The notes beneath the pieces were generated by a model. That model was not told the DNA's origin, did not search any database, and was given only the letters and a program-made list of their open reading frames with translations. From the NCBI GenBank assembly GCA_010356995.1, contig ML996705.1:687576-707575 (forward strand): a stretch of 20,000 bases of DNA, read 5' to 3'. This DNA is from Trichodelitschia bisporula. Its lineage: Eukaryota. A program made the translations under genes and the position numbers. Shown in pieces: positions 9,068 through 18,212 of this stretch; within the stretch, counting starts at the first letter, position 1, and every line of letters starts with the position of its first letter.

Positions 9068-9775
9068 CTAAACCCGCCGGCCAAAGCCCCACAGCTCGTC
9101 CTCGTCTTCGCTCTCGCTGTCCTCTTCGCCCTGCTCGCCGTCTCCCTCTTCACCGCGCTCACGCTCCTCCTCGACGACGGTGCGCGCCCTCGCGGCCCGG
9201 AGTCGTTCTCTGAGTTGGCGTAGCCGCTGCACCCGCTCTTCTAGCGCCTCCATCTCTTCAAACTCCTCTTCGAGGTGCTGCTGCATGTCCTCGCGCTCGG
9301 CCTCGCGCTCTTCCTCCCTCGCCCGCCGCTCGGCCTCTTTGTCTGCACGCTCAGCGGCCGCTGCCTCAGCCGCGCTGATAGGTGCAGCTTCGAGGGCAGC
9401 TTGCGCGCGGAGGGCCTCAAGGGCAGCGGGGTGGTGGCTGGGCGGGGGTGTCGCAACATCGCGCTCAAAAGCTGCCCATTCGTCCTCGTCGATCTCAGCG
9501 AGAGGCGGTTGGATGGCAGCGTTGGAGGGTTGCTGAGGCTGAGGCGGAGGTACTATAGGTGATGCGTCTGGAATCTCCTCGTCGACAGCGCCGGCCTCGT
9601 CGACGGCACCGGCCTCGAAGAAATCACCGGGAAGCGGCCCGTCGGGGCGAGAGCGCTTCTTCACGTCGGTGGGGGAGTCGCTGGCTTTGCGCTTGCGGGA
9701 AGGAGCGGGCTTTTGGGCGCGAGGGGGTGCACGAGTAGCGCGTTCGGCGCGAAGCATGGCGCGCACGTCGGACAT
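9068..9775 (-). CDS. CCDC16/ZNF830-like nuclear coiled-coil protein, 235 aa, single exon
   Basis: The start codon is in good context (CACAATG). The protein has an N-terminal MSDVRAMLRAER, NLS-like RKRK/KKRSR, a GPLPGDFFE motif, IDEDEWAAFERDV, a long E/R coiled coil (EEEFEEMEALEERVQRLR) and an acidic tail ending in LWGF. The family assignment is from recalled motif resemblance. Confidence 0.72.
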   Translation of the reverse strand: MSDVRAMLRAERATRAPPRAQKPAPSRKRKASDSPTDVKKRSRPDGPLPGDFFEAGAVDEAGAVDEEIPDASPIVPPPQPQQPSNAAIQPPLAEIDEDEWAAFERDVATPPPSHHPAALEALRAQAALEAAPISAAEAAAAERADKEAERRAREEEREAEREDMQQHLEEEFEEMEALEERVQRLRQLRERLRAARARTVVEEERERGEEGDGEQGEEDSESEDEDELWGFGRRV

Positions 9776-10347
9776 TGTGCGGGTGGTGGGGATGGTGTGG
9801 TTGATTGTGGGTGCTGTGCGTGTTGTGGGTGATGTTGGGTGATGTGCGTGGTGGTGGTGGTTGTAATGGAGCTTGAGTATGTGGCGAGGTGAGGCCGAAA
9901 AAGCGTTGGTTGAGCTGGGTGTCGAAGGGCGGTGACTGAAACGTGAATGAAGAAGAGGCTGGCGAGAGTGACGATGCTGTCAAAATCCAGGCCTAAGGTG
10001 TCGATCGGCGTTTGCCTGAAGACAAATGGCCAACTGCGGGCGGCGGGTCAGAAGGCAAACCGCTAAAGTCGGAGCCGTTCGATACCGCAAAGACACCTAG
10101 CAATGGTAGTCACAACTTTATTGGATGGCCCACAGGTCCTGTCCGCTCTCTCCACTTACATCGGCATCAGCCTTCCGCCGTCGAACTTCTTCCGCCTTTC
10201 TCCCACTCCATTAACGCCTCATCCTCCGTATACCACGTCCCGCCTGGTTGCTCTCCGTTGGGAATACTATACTATATATTGCCGCATGTCACCACAACAT
10301 TTCCGTTTTCTCTGTCTGTGGCTTCCCCCGCTACAATCACCTGATGT

Positions 10348-10355
10348 GTCACGTG
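10348..10355. promoter_or_regulatory. GTCACGTG E-box (Cbf1/bHLH-type) in the divergent promoter between the CCDC16-like gene and BYE1
   Basis: Exact RTCACGTG match in intergenic DNA. Confidence 0.4.
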
Positions 10356-10788
10356 CACTGGCTTCGTCAAACTCGGCGCGAAAGCTCCAACACTCTCTCC
10401 CTCCTCCAACCATCACCCAAAGCAACACCTCCGAACGCCATCAACCGACGCCATCTAGCACTCCATTCAAACTTCAAGGAGCGCCGTCAAAGTGATTGTA
10501 GCTCCATCCAAGCTCCAGCCCATCGTCTCACATCGTGTTCAAGCTCGAGACCGTCAGGTGCAAGTTGTGGAGGGGAAATCGCGGGTTTCGGCAAAAAGCG
10601 AACGCGCAGCTGCAAGGAAAGGAGCACGCGCACACTCAGCGCGTCTGCGCACAACGTCTATAGCTGTGATACTCGCCCTTGTCTGCGTGCCGGTGGTCGC
10701 ATTGCTGCGAGACGTGATTCAAACCTTGTGACTGTCGAAACTGTCGACTGCCATCTCGAATTCGTTTTTCCGGCACCCGCTTCGCGTC

Positions 10789-13161
10789 ATGGCTGGTAAG
10801 CTTGGCCCAACCCGTACCAGTACCCTTATCCCCCCGTTTTACGTCGCCCTCCCCTCATCTGCTATCTGTCACGTCTTTCTCCATACCCCCAATACTGACT
10901 GCCTCAGACGAGCCACGCCGCTCTGGCCGCGCCACCAAAGGCCAACACACGAAGCTCGACGACGCCGAGCTCTTACCCACCCCAAAGCGCAAGGGCAAGG
11001 GCAAAGGGAAGGGCACAAAAGCAACATCAACTGATCCCGACACTGGCAATGGCGAAGATGACGCCGTCATCCGCTGCGTGTGCGGCGCCAATGAGGACGA
11101 GCAGGGCTGGATGATGATATCCTGCGAGCTGTGCGAGGTATGGCAACACAACCTGTGCATGGGCATAACGGAGGTCGAACAACTGCTGCCGGACAAGTAC
11201 TACTGCGAGACGTGCCACCCGCAGGATCACGCCGATCTGCTGGCCGCTGTCGAGCGTGGCGATAAGCCATGGGAGGAGCGTATCCAGAAGCGCCTCGAGG
11301 CCGAAAAGGCAAAGAAGCGCCGGTCTAAGGGTTCTCGCAAGAGCCGCACGAGCGCTATGCATGACAATGGCGAGGATTCGAAGTCGAACGCAACGACGCC
11401 GGCGACTCTGGACTCCGGTACGAAGCGCAAGTTTGAGGCTGCCGACGAGGTGAGCGTGCTTTTACTGCGAAATCGGACTCCTGCTAACAGCTCAAGCGCC
11501 GTCCATCCCTCGCGAGCACCGTTGCGACACCCACACCCTCGGACCAACGCCACAAGTCTGCGGCGGCCGAAGAGACGACCGCGAAGCGCCGCAAGTCGGT
11601 TATCGAGAAGAGCAAGGACATACTGCCGGATGCGCCTGACCAGCTGCCGACCAAGGAGCGCCAGACCATTGCGCGCGCGCTGCAGTCGGAGCTTGTTGGG
11701 CTTGTGGATAAGGCGGTTAAGGACGGCGCGTACGACCTGGACGGGCAGTCGACCAGCGCCGTGGGCACCGAGCTGGCAATGGAGATAGAGCACGCGTTGC
11801 AGGAGAAGCTGGGCGGCAACCAGAAAGCGCTCGGCGAGAAGTTCCGCACCATTCGCTTCAACGTGAAGAAGAATCAGGCACTGCTGCTGCGCCTGTTACA
11901 AAAGTCACTCTCCTCGGCAGACCTCGTTGACATGTCGACCGACGACATGGCGAGCGAGGAGCTGCAACGCCAGCGCGCCGTTATGAAGGAAGAGGCCGAC
12001 AAGCAGGCCTTTCTCCCGCACGAACAAGGCCCGCGAATACGTAAGACTCACAAAGGCGAGGAGCTCATCGGTGAAAGCATGGAAAGTCATGTGCCGGATG
12101 AACCGACGTTTAATGCCACAACGATCCGTCACCGTGAGCATACAGTTACCGAGCGGGAGCCAAGCCCCGAAGGCTACGCCACCGTCGAACTCCCCGAGGA
12201 CATCAACCGTGAGCCGCTTGTGGTCGATACCGCGCCCCGCAGCGACTTCGACATCCAGAACGTGTGGGATCACGCCCGCTCCCCCGACCAACCGCAAGGC
12301 GCGTTTCCGCAGCGCACAAATTTGATTCCCCAGCCTCATGACCCGGACATTGACCGTCTTCTTAAGGACGAAGACATGTCCGATGTCCCGGGCTCGCCCG
12401 GCGAGGTTGCATGGTCCGGCAAGATTGACTTGGCCGGCGTCGCATCCTTTTCTGCAAATGCCTGCTGGGTCGCCGGAGGGGACATTGGGATGAAGATTCC
12501 GCTCACGACGCTCATCCCGCCCACTATGGAAATTAGCGGCCGCATACTGATTGCGCGTGCCGACGAGTACGTCTCCGGCATGCGCTTCAGCCAGACCACG
12601 GATGTCACATGCCTGCTGCTGTCGCCCACCGGCTCACCCGAGGACCGCGAAAACGCCGCACGAGTCTTTGCCTATTTTCGCGAGAAGCAGCGCTGGGGCG
12701 TGATTTCGCCGACTCACCCCAATGTGCGGGATGTTTATCTCGTACCGGTTGACAAGGACACCGAACTCCCTGGCTTCCTGCAGCTACTCATGGACGTCGA
12801 TACTGATGCCATTTCTCGTGCGGATGCCCTCCTTCTGACGCTGGTTGTGAAGACCCGCTCGCCCCCGTCCTCGGCCGCGCAGACACCGGTTCTGGGACAG
12901 GCCCCGGCAGTGCAGCCGCCCAGCGAGCCGAGCTTCTCACCGACGGGGTTCAACGGCTTCGGGAGCAACGGGCTCGGCAACGCTCAGCTCATTCTAGGGC
13001 CATTTGTGAACACGCCCGTCGTCAAGCAGCTCCTCACTGCCGTGCCGAATATGACCAATGTGCAGCTGCAGAACCTGCGCGACATACTCGAGCGCGAGCC
13101 ATCGACGCGCGACGACATTGCCCGTCTAGGCGAGCATCTTCGGCGACGGATGGAGGAGTAG
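10789..13161 (+). CDS. BYE1: Transcription factor Bye1 (PHD + TFIIS central-like + SPOC), 3 exons (10789-10795, 10908-11449, 11491 or 11497-13161), 737-739 aa
   Basis: The protein starts MADEPRRSGRATKGQH. It has a PHD finger IRCVCG...MISCELCEVWQHNLCMG...YYCETCHP, a TFIIS_M-like segment KFRTIRFNVKKN...LVDMSTDDMASEELQ...RIRKTHKGEE, and a SPOC domain WSGKI...ISGRI...YFREKQRWGV...VRDVYLVPV. Introns are 10796-10907 and 11450-11490/11496. Confidence 0.92.
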
Positions 13162-13619
13162 GCTTTTACGATTGATCTCGATTGAACATTTCAATTGAGG
13201 ATTGTCCGTTTCGGTGCATGGGCTGGGATTCGACTGGAGTTGGGGACGCAGGTACGACACTGCAAAACGGACAGTGGAGTTAGGCGGACTGGCGGAGTTT
13301 GACGGGCCGACGGCGTTTGAGGACATTGAGGGGTGGGTATGGTGGTGGTACTGTACTGGGTCGGCGCGTGCTTCATTGACGCTTCTCGGTTGGCTCTCTG
13401 CGGTGAGTTCCGGGTCATTTTTCGAGTTCTCGTCTCTATCTTCAGTTGTCTTTTAATACCCGCTGCTTGACTGTCTGCGACTACTCGAGTCGTAAACTGA
13501 AGATTTGTTTCGTATTCTTTCGGATGCTTGATGGGTGCACCCTTTTGCAATGAATTCATCGATGGAGGGAGAAGACCTTTTTTCACAGAGGTTTGCCGTG
13601 AAACAGTGCGTTCCCCATT

Positions 13620-13690
13620 CAACGCCCGCTCAATTCTGCTCAGTGCTTACCAAGTGCCTTTTCAATGCCTCTCCAATGCCTCTCCAATGC
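13620..13690. repeat. Degenerate 10-12 bp minisatellite (CAATGCCTCTC) between convergent 3' ends
   Basis: Perfect units at 13663-13673 and 13674-13684, a partial unit at 13685-13690, and four degenerate CAR-initiated units upstream. Confidence 0.55.
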
Positions 13691-13802
13691 ATGATCATTT
13701 ACATGTTTAACATATCTAGCTTTAAGTCATTGACATTTTTAACTCCATCTTCGACGTGAAATGCATCGCCAATCTGCAAAACACAAATGCCATATGTACA
13801 GC

Positions 13803-16307
13803 CTACCATATCCGCTTTGCAACCATGGCGTATCGATCCACGCCCGCCAACTCCACCACTCGCCGCTTTTCCTTCTTCTCCTCCCCCGCAATCCATCGCC
13901 GCTTGTCCTCATCAACCTCCACCATGCCTATGTCACCAAACCGCCGCCCGCCCGCCGCATCGTACACAGTGCGCTCCCGCTCCTTCATCCCGCGGTAACG
14001 CCGCCGCGCCAGCCCGAGCAGCGCCATACCGAGCACGAGCTTCGCGCCCAGCAGCAGCAGGTAGACGACGAGGAAGAAAACGATGCGCGCTGCCCACACG
14101 GCCCCCGCGTCCCACATGTTGCCGCTGCGCACAGCATGAACTAGAGCGTCGAAGCGCGCAATCGCCGCCGTCGTGGTCGCGCTGCTGGTTGCGGACCCGG
14201 CAAGCGGCGCGCGCGGCGCCGGCACGTACATGGCTGCGAACATTTGATATGTCTGCACCGCCGCGCGGATGAAGAGACATGCAAGCGGGATGACCGGCAG
14301 CCCGAGGCGCTTGGTCAGATTCTGGTCGGCAAACGCGTGGGTGTAGTAGTCCTTGGCCAGTACGTCGAGGAAGCGGCCGTAGATGGCGGGTCGTGTGTTG
14401 TTGAACTTGTTGATGTACGCGTGCTTGAGCCAGTCGACCAGCATCTCGGACCCGAGCACGATGAGAAACGGACCAAGCACCTGGCCCGTCCACCGCGGGA
14501 GAATCGTGAACGACTTGGGCAGGATAGATGCCGTCGTCAGCGGCGCCCGCGTCGCGTTGGTGAACGCGGCCGCGGGGTCAGAGGTTGTGCTCGGTGGCGT
14601 AAACGAGGGCCCCAGAACCGCGAGCCCGCCGACCTCGACGATGTTGCGCATGGCGATGATGAGCAACATCAACCACAGCTGAAAGCGCTCGACGACGTCC
14701 GCACACGTCAACTGGAACAGGTTTTCTTTCTCGAACTTTTTGAACACCGTACCCTTGATTTCGACAAATTGGTTCGACATGAGGAGCGTTAGCAGAGCGT
14801 TGGAGTACGAGTTGACCGCTACGTTGAGCGTGATGACCTGGTACAGCAGGGCCGACGCGTGGATCACGTTGTAAACGAGCGCGATTATGAACATCCAAAA
14901 CGGGCGGATCACCTTGCTTCGGCCGTCGGACCCGCGGTCCAGCGTCTCCGACGAGCAGAGGCACTCGAGCACGTCCTGGCCGATGGCTGAGAGCAGGCGG
15001 TCTGCAACCTCGAGCACGTTATAGATGACATACAGCTTGATCGCCGCCTGGCCACGGATGTTGTGGTACATGCGGCTAGGGTCCAGCCGCATCATGATGC
15101 AGCAACTGATCAGGACGAGAAGCCCCTTGAGGATGTCCGCCTTGTGCGACGACTGCAACAGCGACGGCGTCGACCGTGTCCGCCGGTGCCGCCGCTTCCG
15201 CCGCAGCGGGTCCGGCCACGCATGGACAACCTTGCTCGGCGAGGCCACAGAGCTCGCCGACCGCCCACGGTGCCGCGTATTCCTCCGCCGCCACAGCCGT
15301 CCGAGGCCGACGTATACGAACTCAACCAAATCGCATAGCTCCTTCCACGCGTTGCGCATCCACCACTGCACCAGAATACCCACGGCTTTGAGGAAGCGCA
15401 GCGGCAGGATCGTGAACGTGTACAGCCACGCGTCGAAGCAGGCAACCGCGCCGAACCAGAGCACGCGCTCGAGCTGTGGCGGGAGGAGGAGAAAGTTGAG
15501 CAGGCGCTCGAACTTGACCGCCGACGACTCGTACGCGATGTCGGCGGCTGCGGACCTGTGAATGTAGAGGGGTGAGGGACGGTCAGACGCGAGCTCGAGC
15601 TGGAGGAACGTAGGGATCGAGAGTGGCGGCAGCGGGAGCGTTGCAGGCATAGGGGACGGAACGTCAGGCACCGGCGATGGCCGCAGCTTTTCCCGCTTCG
15701 GATTGAGGTCCAGCGGCGCTGGCGCCTTTTGCTTTGTGCTCTTTGCCGACTGTGCCCGCCGCCGCGCAGGTGGGGTGGATAGCGTACGCGACGGCAGTGG
15801 GCGGATGTCAACTCTGCGTAGCTCGAGGCCGCTGGAGCTGTCCACTGGACCGTCCCGGCCGCGCCGCTCTTCCTCCGACTCCCACCGCCAGGTATCTGCG
15901 AAGATGTCCTCTCCGAAGCGGCGCGGCAGTCCGTTCGACGGGTCCATGGGTGGGGACAGCTTCACTCGCTTATCGGAGTTGGGTGACGGTTTGGTAGCAC
16001 TGCGCTTGCGTTCCCCGTTGATCACAATGCTGCCGCTGGCCGTGGTGTTGTTGATCATCGCCGCGCTGTTGTTCGTGGTGATGCTGTTGGTCGTAGAGTT
16101 GACCGTGGAGTTGGTCGGGGGCTTAGCCGCATGGCCGCTTGGCCTGCAAGGAGAGCCGATACTGAGAGGCGGTAGCTCATCTTCGGAGTCACGGTGTTCC
16201 TTGAGATCAGGAAGATGAAGGTTGAAGGGGCGCGGAGCGGGTGACGGCGATGGTGAGGGGAGATGCGGGTCGGAGGCGCGACGGCGGGACTCCGGCATCC
16301 TGACCAT
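13803..16307 (-). CDS. EMP65: ER membrane protein Emp65/TAPT1 (DUF747), 834 aa, no intron needed
   Basis: The start codon is in strong context (CCGCCATGG). Family motifs are CFDAWLYTFTILPLR, SRMYHNIRGQAAIKLYVIYNVLEVADRL, LNVAVNSYSNALLTLLMSNQFVEIKGTVFKKFEKENLFQLTCADVVERFQL, SEMLVDWLKHAYINKFN and KRLGLPVIPLACL. The protein ends RYAMVAKRIW. Confidence 0.93.
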   Translation of the reverse strand: MVRMPESRRRASDPHLPSPSPSPAPRPFNLHLPDLKEHRDSEDELPPLSIGSPCRPSGHAAKPPTNSTVNSTTNSITTNNSAAMINNTTASGSIVINGERKRSATKPSPNSDKRVKLSPPMDPSNGLPRRFGEDIFADTWRWESEEERRGRDGPVDSSSGLELRRVDIRPLPSRTLSTPPARRRAQSAKSTKQKAPAPLDLNPKREKLRPSPVPDVPSPMPATLPLPPLSIPTFLQLELASDRPSPLYIHRSAAADIAYESSAVKFERLLNFLLLPPQLERVLWFGAVACFDAWLYTFTILPLRFLKAVGILVQWWMRNAWKELCDLVEFVYVGLGRLWRRRNTRHRGRSASSVASPSKVVHAWPDPLRRKRRHRRTRSTPSLLQSSHKADILKGLLVLISCCIMMRLDPSRMYHNIRGQAAIKLYVIYNVLEVADRLLSAIGQDVLECLCSSETLDRGSDGRSKVIRPFWMFIIALVYNVIHASALLYQVITLNVAVNSYSNALLTLLMSNQFVEIKGTVFKKFEKENLFQLTCADVVERFQLWLMLLIIAMRNIVEVGGLAVLGPSFTPPSTTSDPAAAFTNATRAPLTTASILPKSFTILPRWTGQVLGPFLIVLGSEMLVDWLKHAYINKFNNTRPAIYGRFLDVLAKDYYTHAFADQNLTKRLGLPVIPLACLFIRAAVQTYQMFAAMYVPAPRAPLAGSATSSATTTAAIARFDALVHAVRSGNMWDAGAVWAARIVFFLVVYLLLLGAKLVLGMALLGLARRRYRGMKERERTVYDAAGGRRFGDIGMVEVDEDKRRWIAGEEKKEKRRVVELAGVDRYAMVAKRIW

Positions 16308-16491
16308 GGCGGATCTGCATGGGGCGGGGCGTAGGAGGTGGGCGGTGGGGAGTGCTAGTACGAGGGGACGGTGGAACGTCTGACAGAGAGACAAGAGCAC
16401 GGAGGGAGAGACGAAAGAGTGACCGTAGTTTGCATGGCGATTGCAGGAGATCATGGCGACGTGGGCACGGTGGGGCGAGATGAAGCTAAGG

Positions 16492-16499
16492 GTCACGTG
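16492..16499. promoter_or_regulatory. GTCACGTG E-box upstream of EMP65/TAPT1
   Basis: Exact RTCACGTG match about 185 nt upstream of the preferred ATG. Confidence 0.4.
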
Positions 16500-16634
16500 G
16501 CAGGGCGGCAACGCAACAATCATATGTGAATTGATTCTACAAGAAAGCAAAGCGCAACGTGTCCGATACCCAGAAGCCCGATGTGAGCATATCGGGACCC
16601 CCCAAATGGGAGACCTCGCGTAAAGAACGTACAA

Positions 16635-17744
16635 TTACAGGTGCGCCCGCTCTGCCCGCAAAAACTCGCCGGCCTTCTTCGCCGCCGCCGCCGCTTCCGT
16701 CTCAAAGCCCAATATTCTGCCCACCAAGATGATGTCGTGCGGCATTGCCTCGCTGACGAACAGTTCGATCTTGTTTCCCTTGACGCTCTCCATCTGCTGT
16801 ACGAATTCCGTATCCTCCTCGTAGAGGATCTCCGCATCACCCGTCTGCACCCATATCGGCGTCTTGCACGCAAACGGGTTCCCGTATGCCGTCACATACG
16901 GCTGCAGCGCATCCTTGCCTGCCGTGAACGTGTGAGCGCCCCAGCTGCCGAACTCGGAATTGAGGTAATCTGTCGAGTAGTTCGGCGAGCTCTCCATCTC
17001 GTGGGCATCGAGCCCGGCCGCAATATTCGTCCATGGGCTCCACAGCCACACGCACCCCGGCGACGGTAAGCCCGTGTCCGCTCCGTGTTCCTCGATGTAC
17101 CGCAACAACGCAATGGTCAGATTGCCACCGGCGCTGTCGCCGGATACCGTGATTCGGCTCGGCGGCACCCCGACCGTTCGCACAAGGTACGAGTAGCTGG
17201 TGATGGCGTCCTGCAGCGCCGCGGGGAACTGGCCTTGTGCGCTGCTTGACAGCCGGTACTGCGGCGTGAAGACGTGCGTCGCCTGCGCGTGCTTGATGAG
17301 CGTGCGCGCCAGGAATCCCGTGTCGCGATCGCGCCCGTCGCCGATGACATACGCTCCACCGTGGAAATGGAGTACAACCTCGAGATTGGACACGTCAGTC
17401 GGCGCGGCGGGCGTCCAGGTCCCGCCAATGGCTGTCGGCACAATCTCTGAGTCCTTTGTCGGCCCGGTGTACAGACTGTTGGTCGCCGGCTCCATCACCA
17501 CGAATCGCTCCTTCTCCGTGCCCGGAGCCAATGATAGCTGCGGGGCCACACGGACCTTGCTGCTGTGGTAGAGGAAGGCTTTGACGATGCGCATGCGGAT
17601 CGCCTGGCGGAGCGTCCATTTTCTATGCGGCCGGCCCGCCGTGTGGATGTAAAGAAGGATCCAGAACGGGAAGCGTGCCGTCTCAAACGCGACCGCAATC
17701 AGCGTATAGAGCGCCTTAAACGGCTGGTATGCCTGCAGCGGCAT
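16635..17744 (-). CDS. Alpha/beta hydrolase fold-3 (HSL-family lipase/esterase, Say1-like), 369 aa, single exon
   Basis: The oxyanion motif is HFHGGAY and the nucleophile elbow is SGDSAGGNL. The protein also has PQYRLS...FPAALQDA, WSPW, an acid residue in GDAEIL, the catalytic His in MPHD and a hydrophobic N-terminus. Confidence 0.93.
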   Translation of the reverse strand: MPLQAYQPFKALYTLIAVAFETARFPFWILLYIHTAGRPHRKWTLRQAIRMRIVKAFLYHSSKVRVAPQLSLAPGTEKERFVVMEPATNSLYTGPTKDSEIVPTAIGGTWTPAAPTDVSNLEVVLHFHGGAYVIGDGRDRDTGFLARTLIKHAQATHVFTPQYRLSSSAQGQFPAALQDAITSYSYLVRTVGVPPSRITVSGDSAGGNLTIALLRYIEEHGADTGLPSPGCVWLWSPWTNIAAGLDAHEMESSPNYSTDYLNSEFGSWGAHTFTAGKDALQPYVTAYGNPFACKTPIWVQTGDAEILYEEDTEFVQQMESVKGNKIELFVSEAMPHDIILVGRILGFETEAAAAAKKAGEFLRAERAHL

Positions 17745-18126
17745 TGTGAGCGTGAAAGAAAGACGAGAATTGAGGGGCGACGCGATAAAGTTGGGACATG
17801 GTGCATTTCATACTACTGCTGAGTGCTGCTTCACGTGAGGTCAGATTTAGGGGCCCAGCCGCGCCGTTACATTTAAATTCAACCGAGGCTGCCTTGGGTC
17901 AGCGGCGCAGGCTAGGCGGCATGTGGACGGCGCGACTACGGATCGTCAGTAAGGCGATAATGGCCGATATCTTGAGGCTGGTAGTCTATGAGATAGAAAA
18001 GCCGGCGTACGAAGGGCTTTGATATGCGCCATCGGCGAACCGATCCGACGTTGCGGGTTCCTCAGCCCTAAAGTCAGGACGAAAAAGTTTTTACTCACGC
18101 TTATGTAATGCCAGAACACCTTGCGA

Positions 18127-18212
18127 AGTTACCCGGGTTTGGGCCAGTTCCCCGGCGTTAGGCGAGTTACCCGGTACTAAGTAGGTTACCCGGCATTTGG
18201 TAAGTTACTCTC
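18127..18212. repeat. 19-bp-period array of RGTTACCCGG motifs with variable 9-bp linkers
   Basis: Units start at 18127 (AGTTACCCGG), 18146 (AGTTCCCCGG), 18165 (AGTTACCCGG), 18184 (GGTTACCCGG) and 18203 (AGTTACTCTC). Confidence 0.85.

Noticed and set aside
9778..9865. GT/GGT-rich low-complexity tract (also 7895-7980)
   Set aside because: Ordinary CA-rich 5' leader or low-complexity flank with no regular period.
10492..10731. GTG-initiated 79-aa ORF with a hydrophobic C-terminus upstream of BYE1
   Set aside because: It has no ATG, no recognisable homology and no independent support, so it cannot be distinguished from a chance ORF.
10796..10907. Unusually long (112 nt) BYE1 intron 1 as a snoRNA host or stwintron
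   Set aside because: It has no C/D or H/ACA boxes, no strong stems and no internal donor-branch-acceptor set of workable length.
18127..18212. CRISPR interpretation of the repeat-linker array
   Set aside because: The context is eukaryotic, the 10-bp repeats and 9-bp linkers are far below CRISPR sizes, and there are no cas genes.
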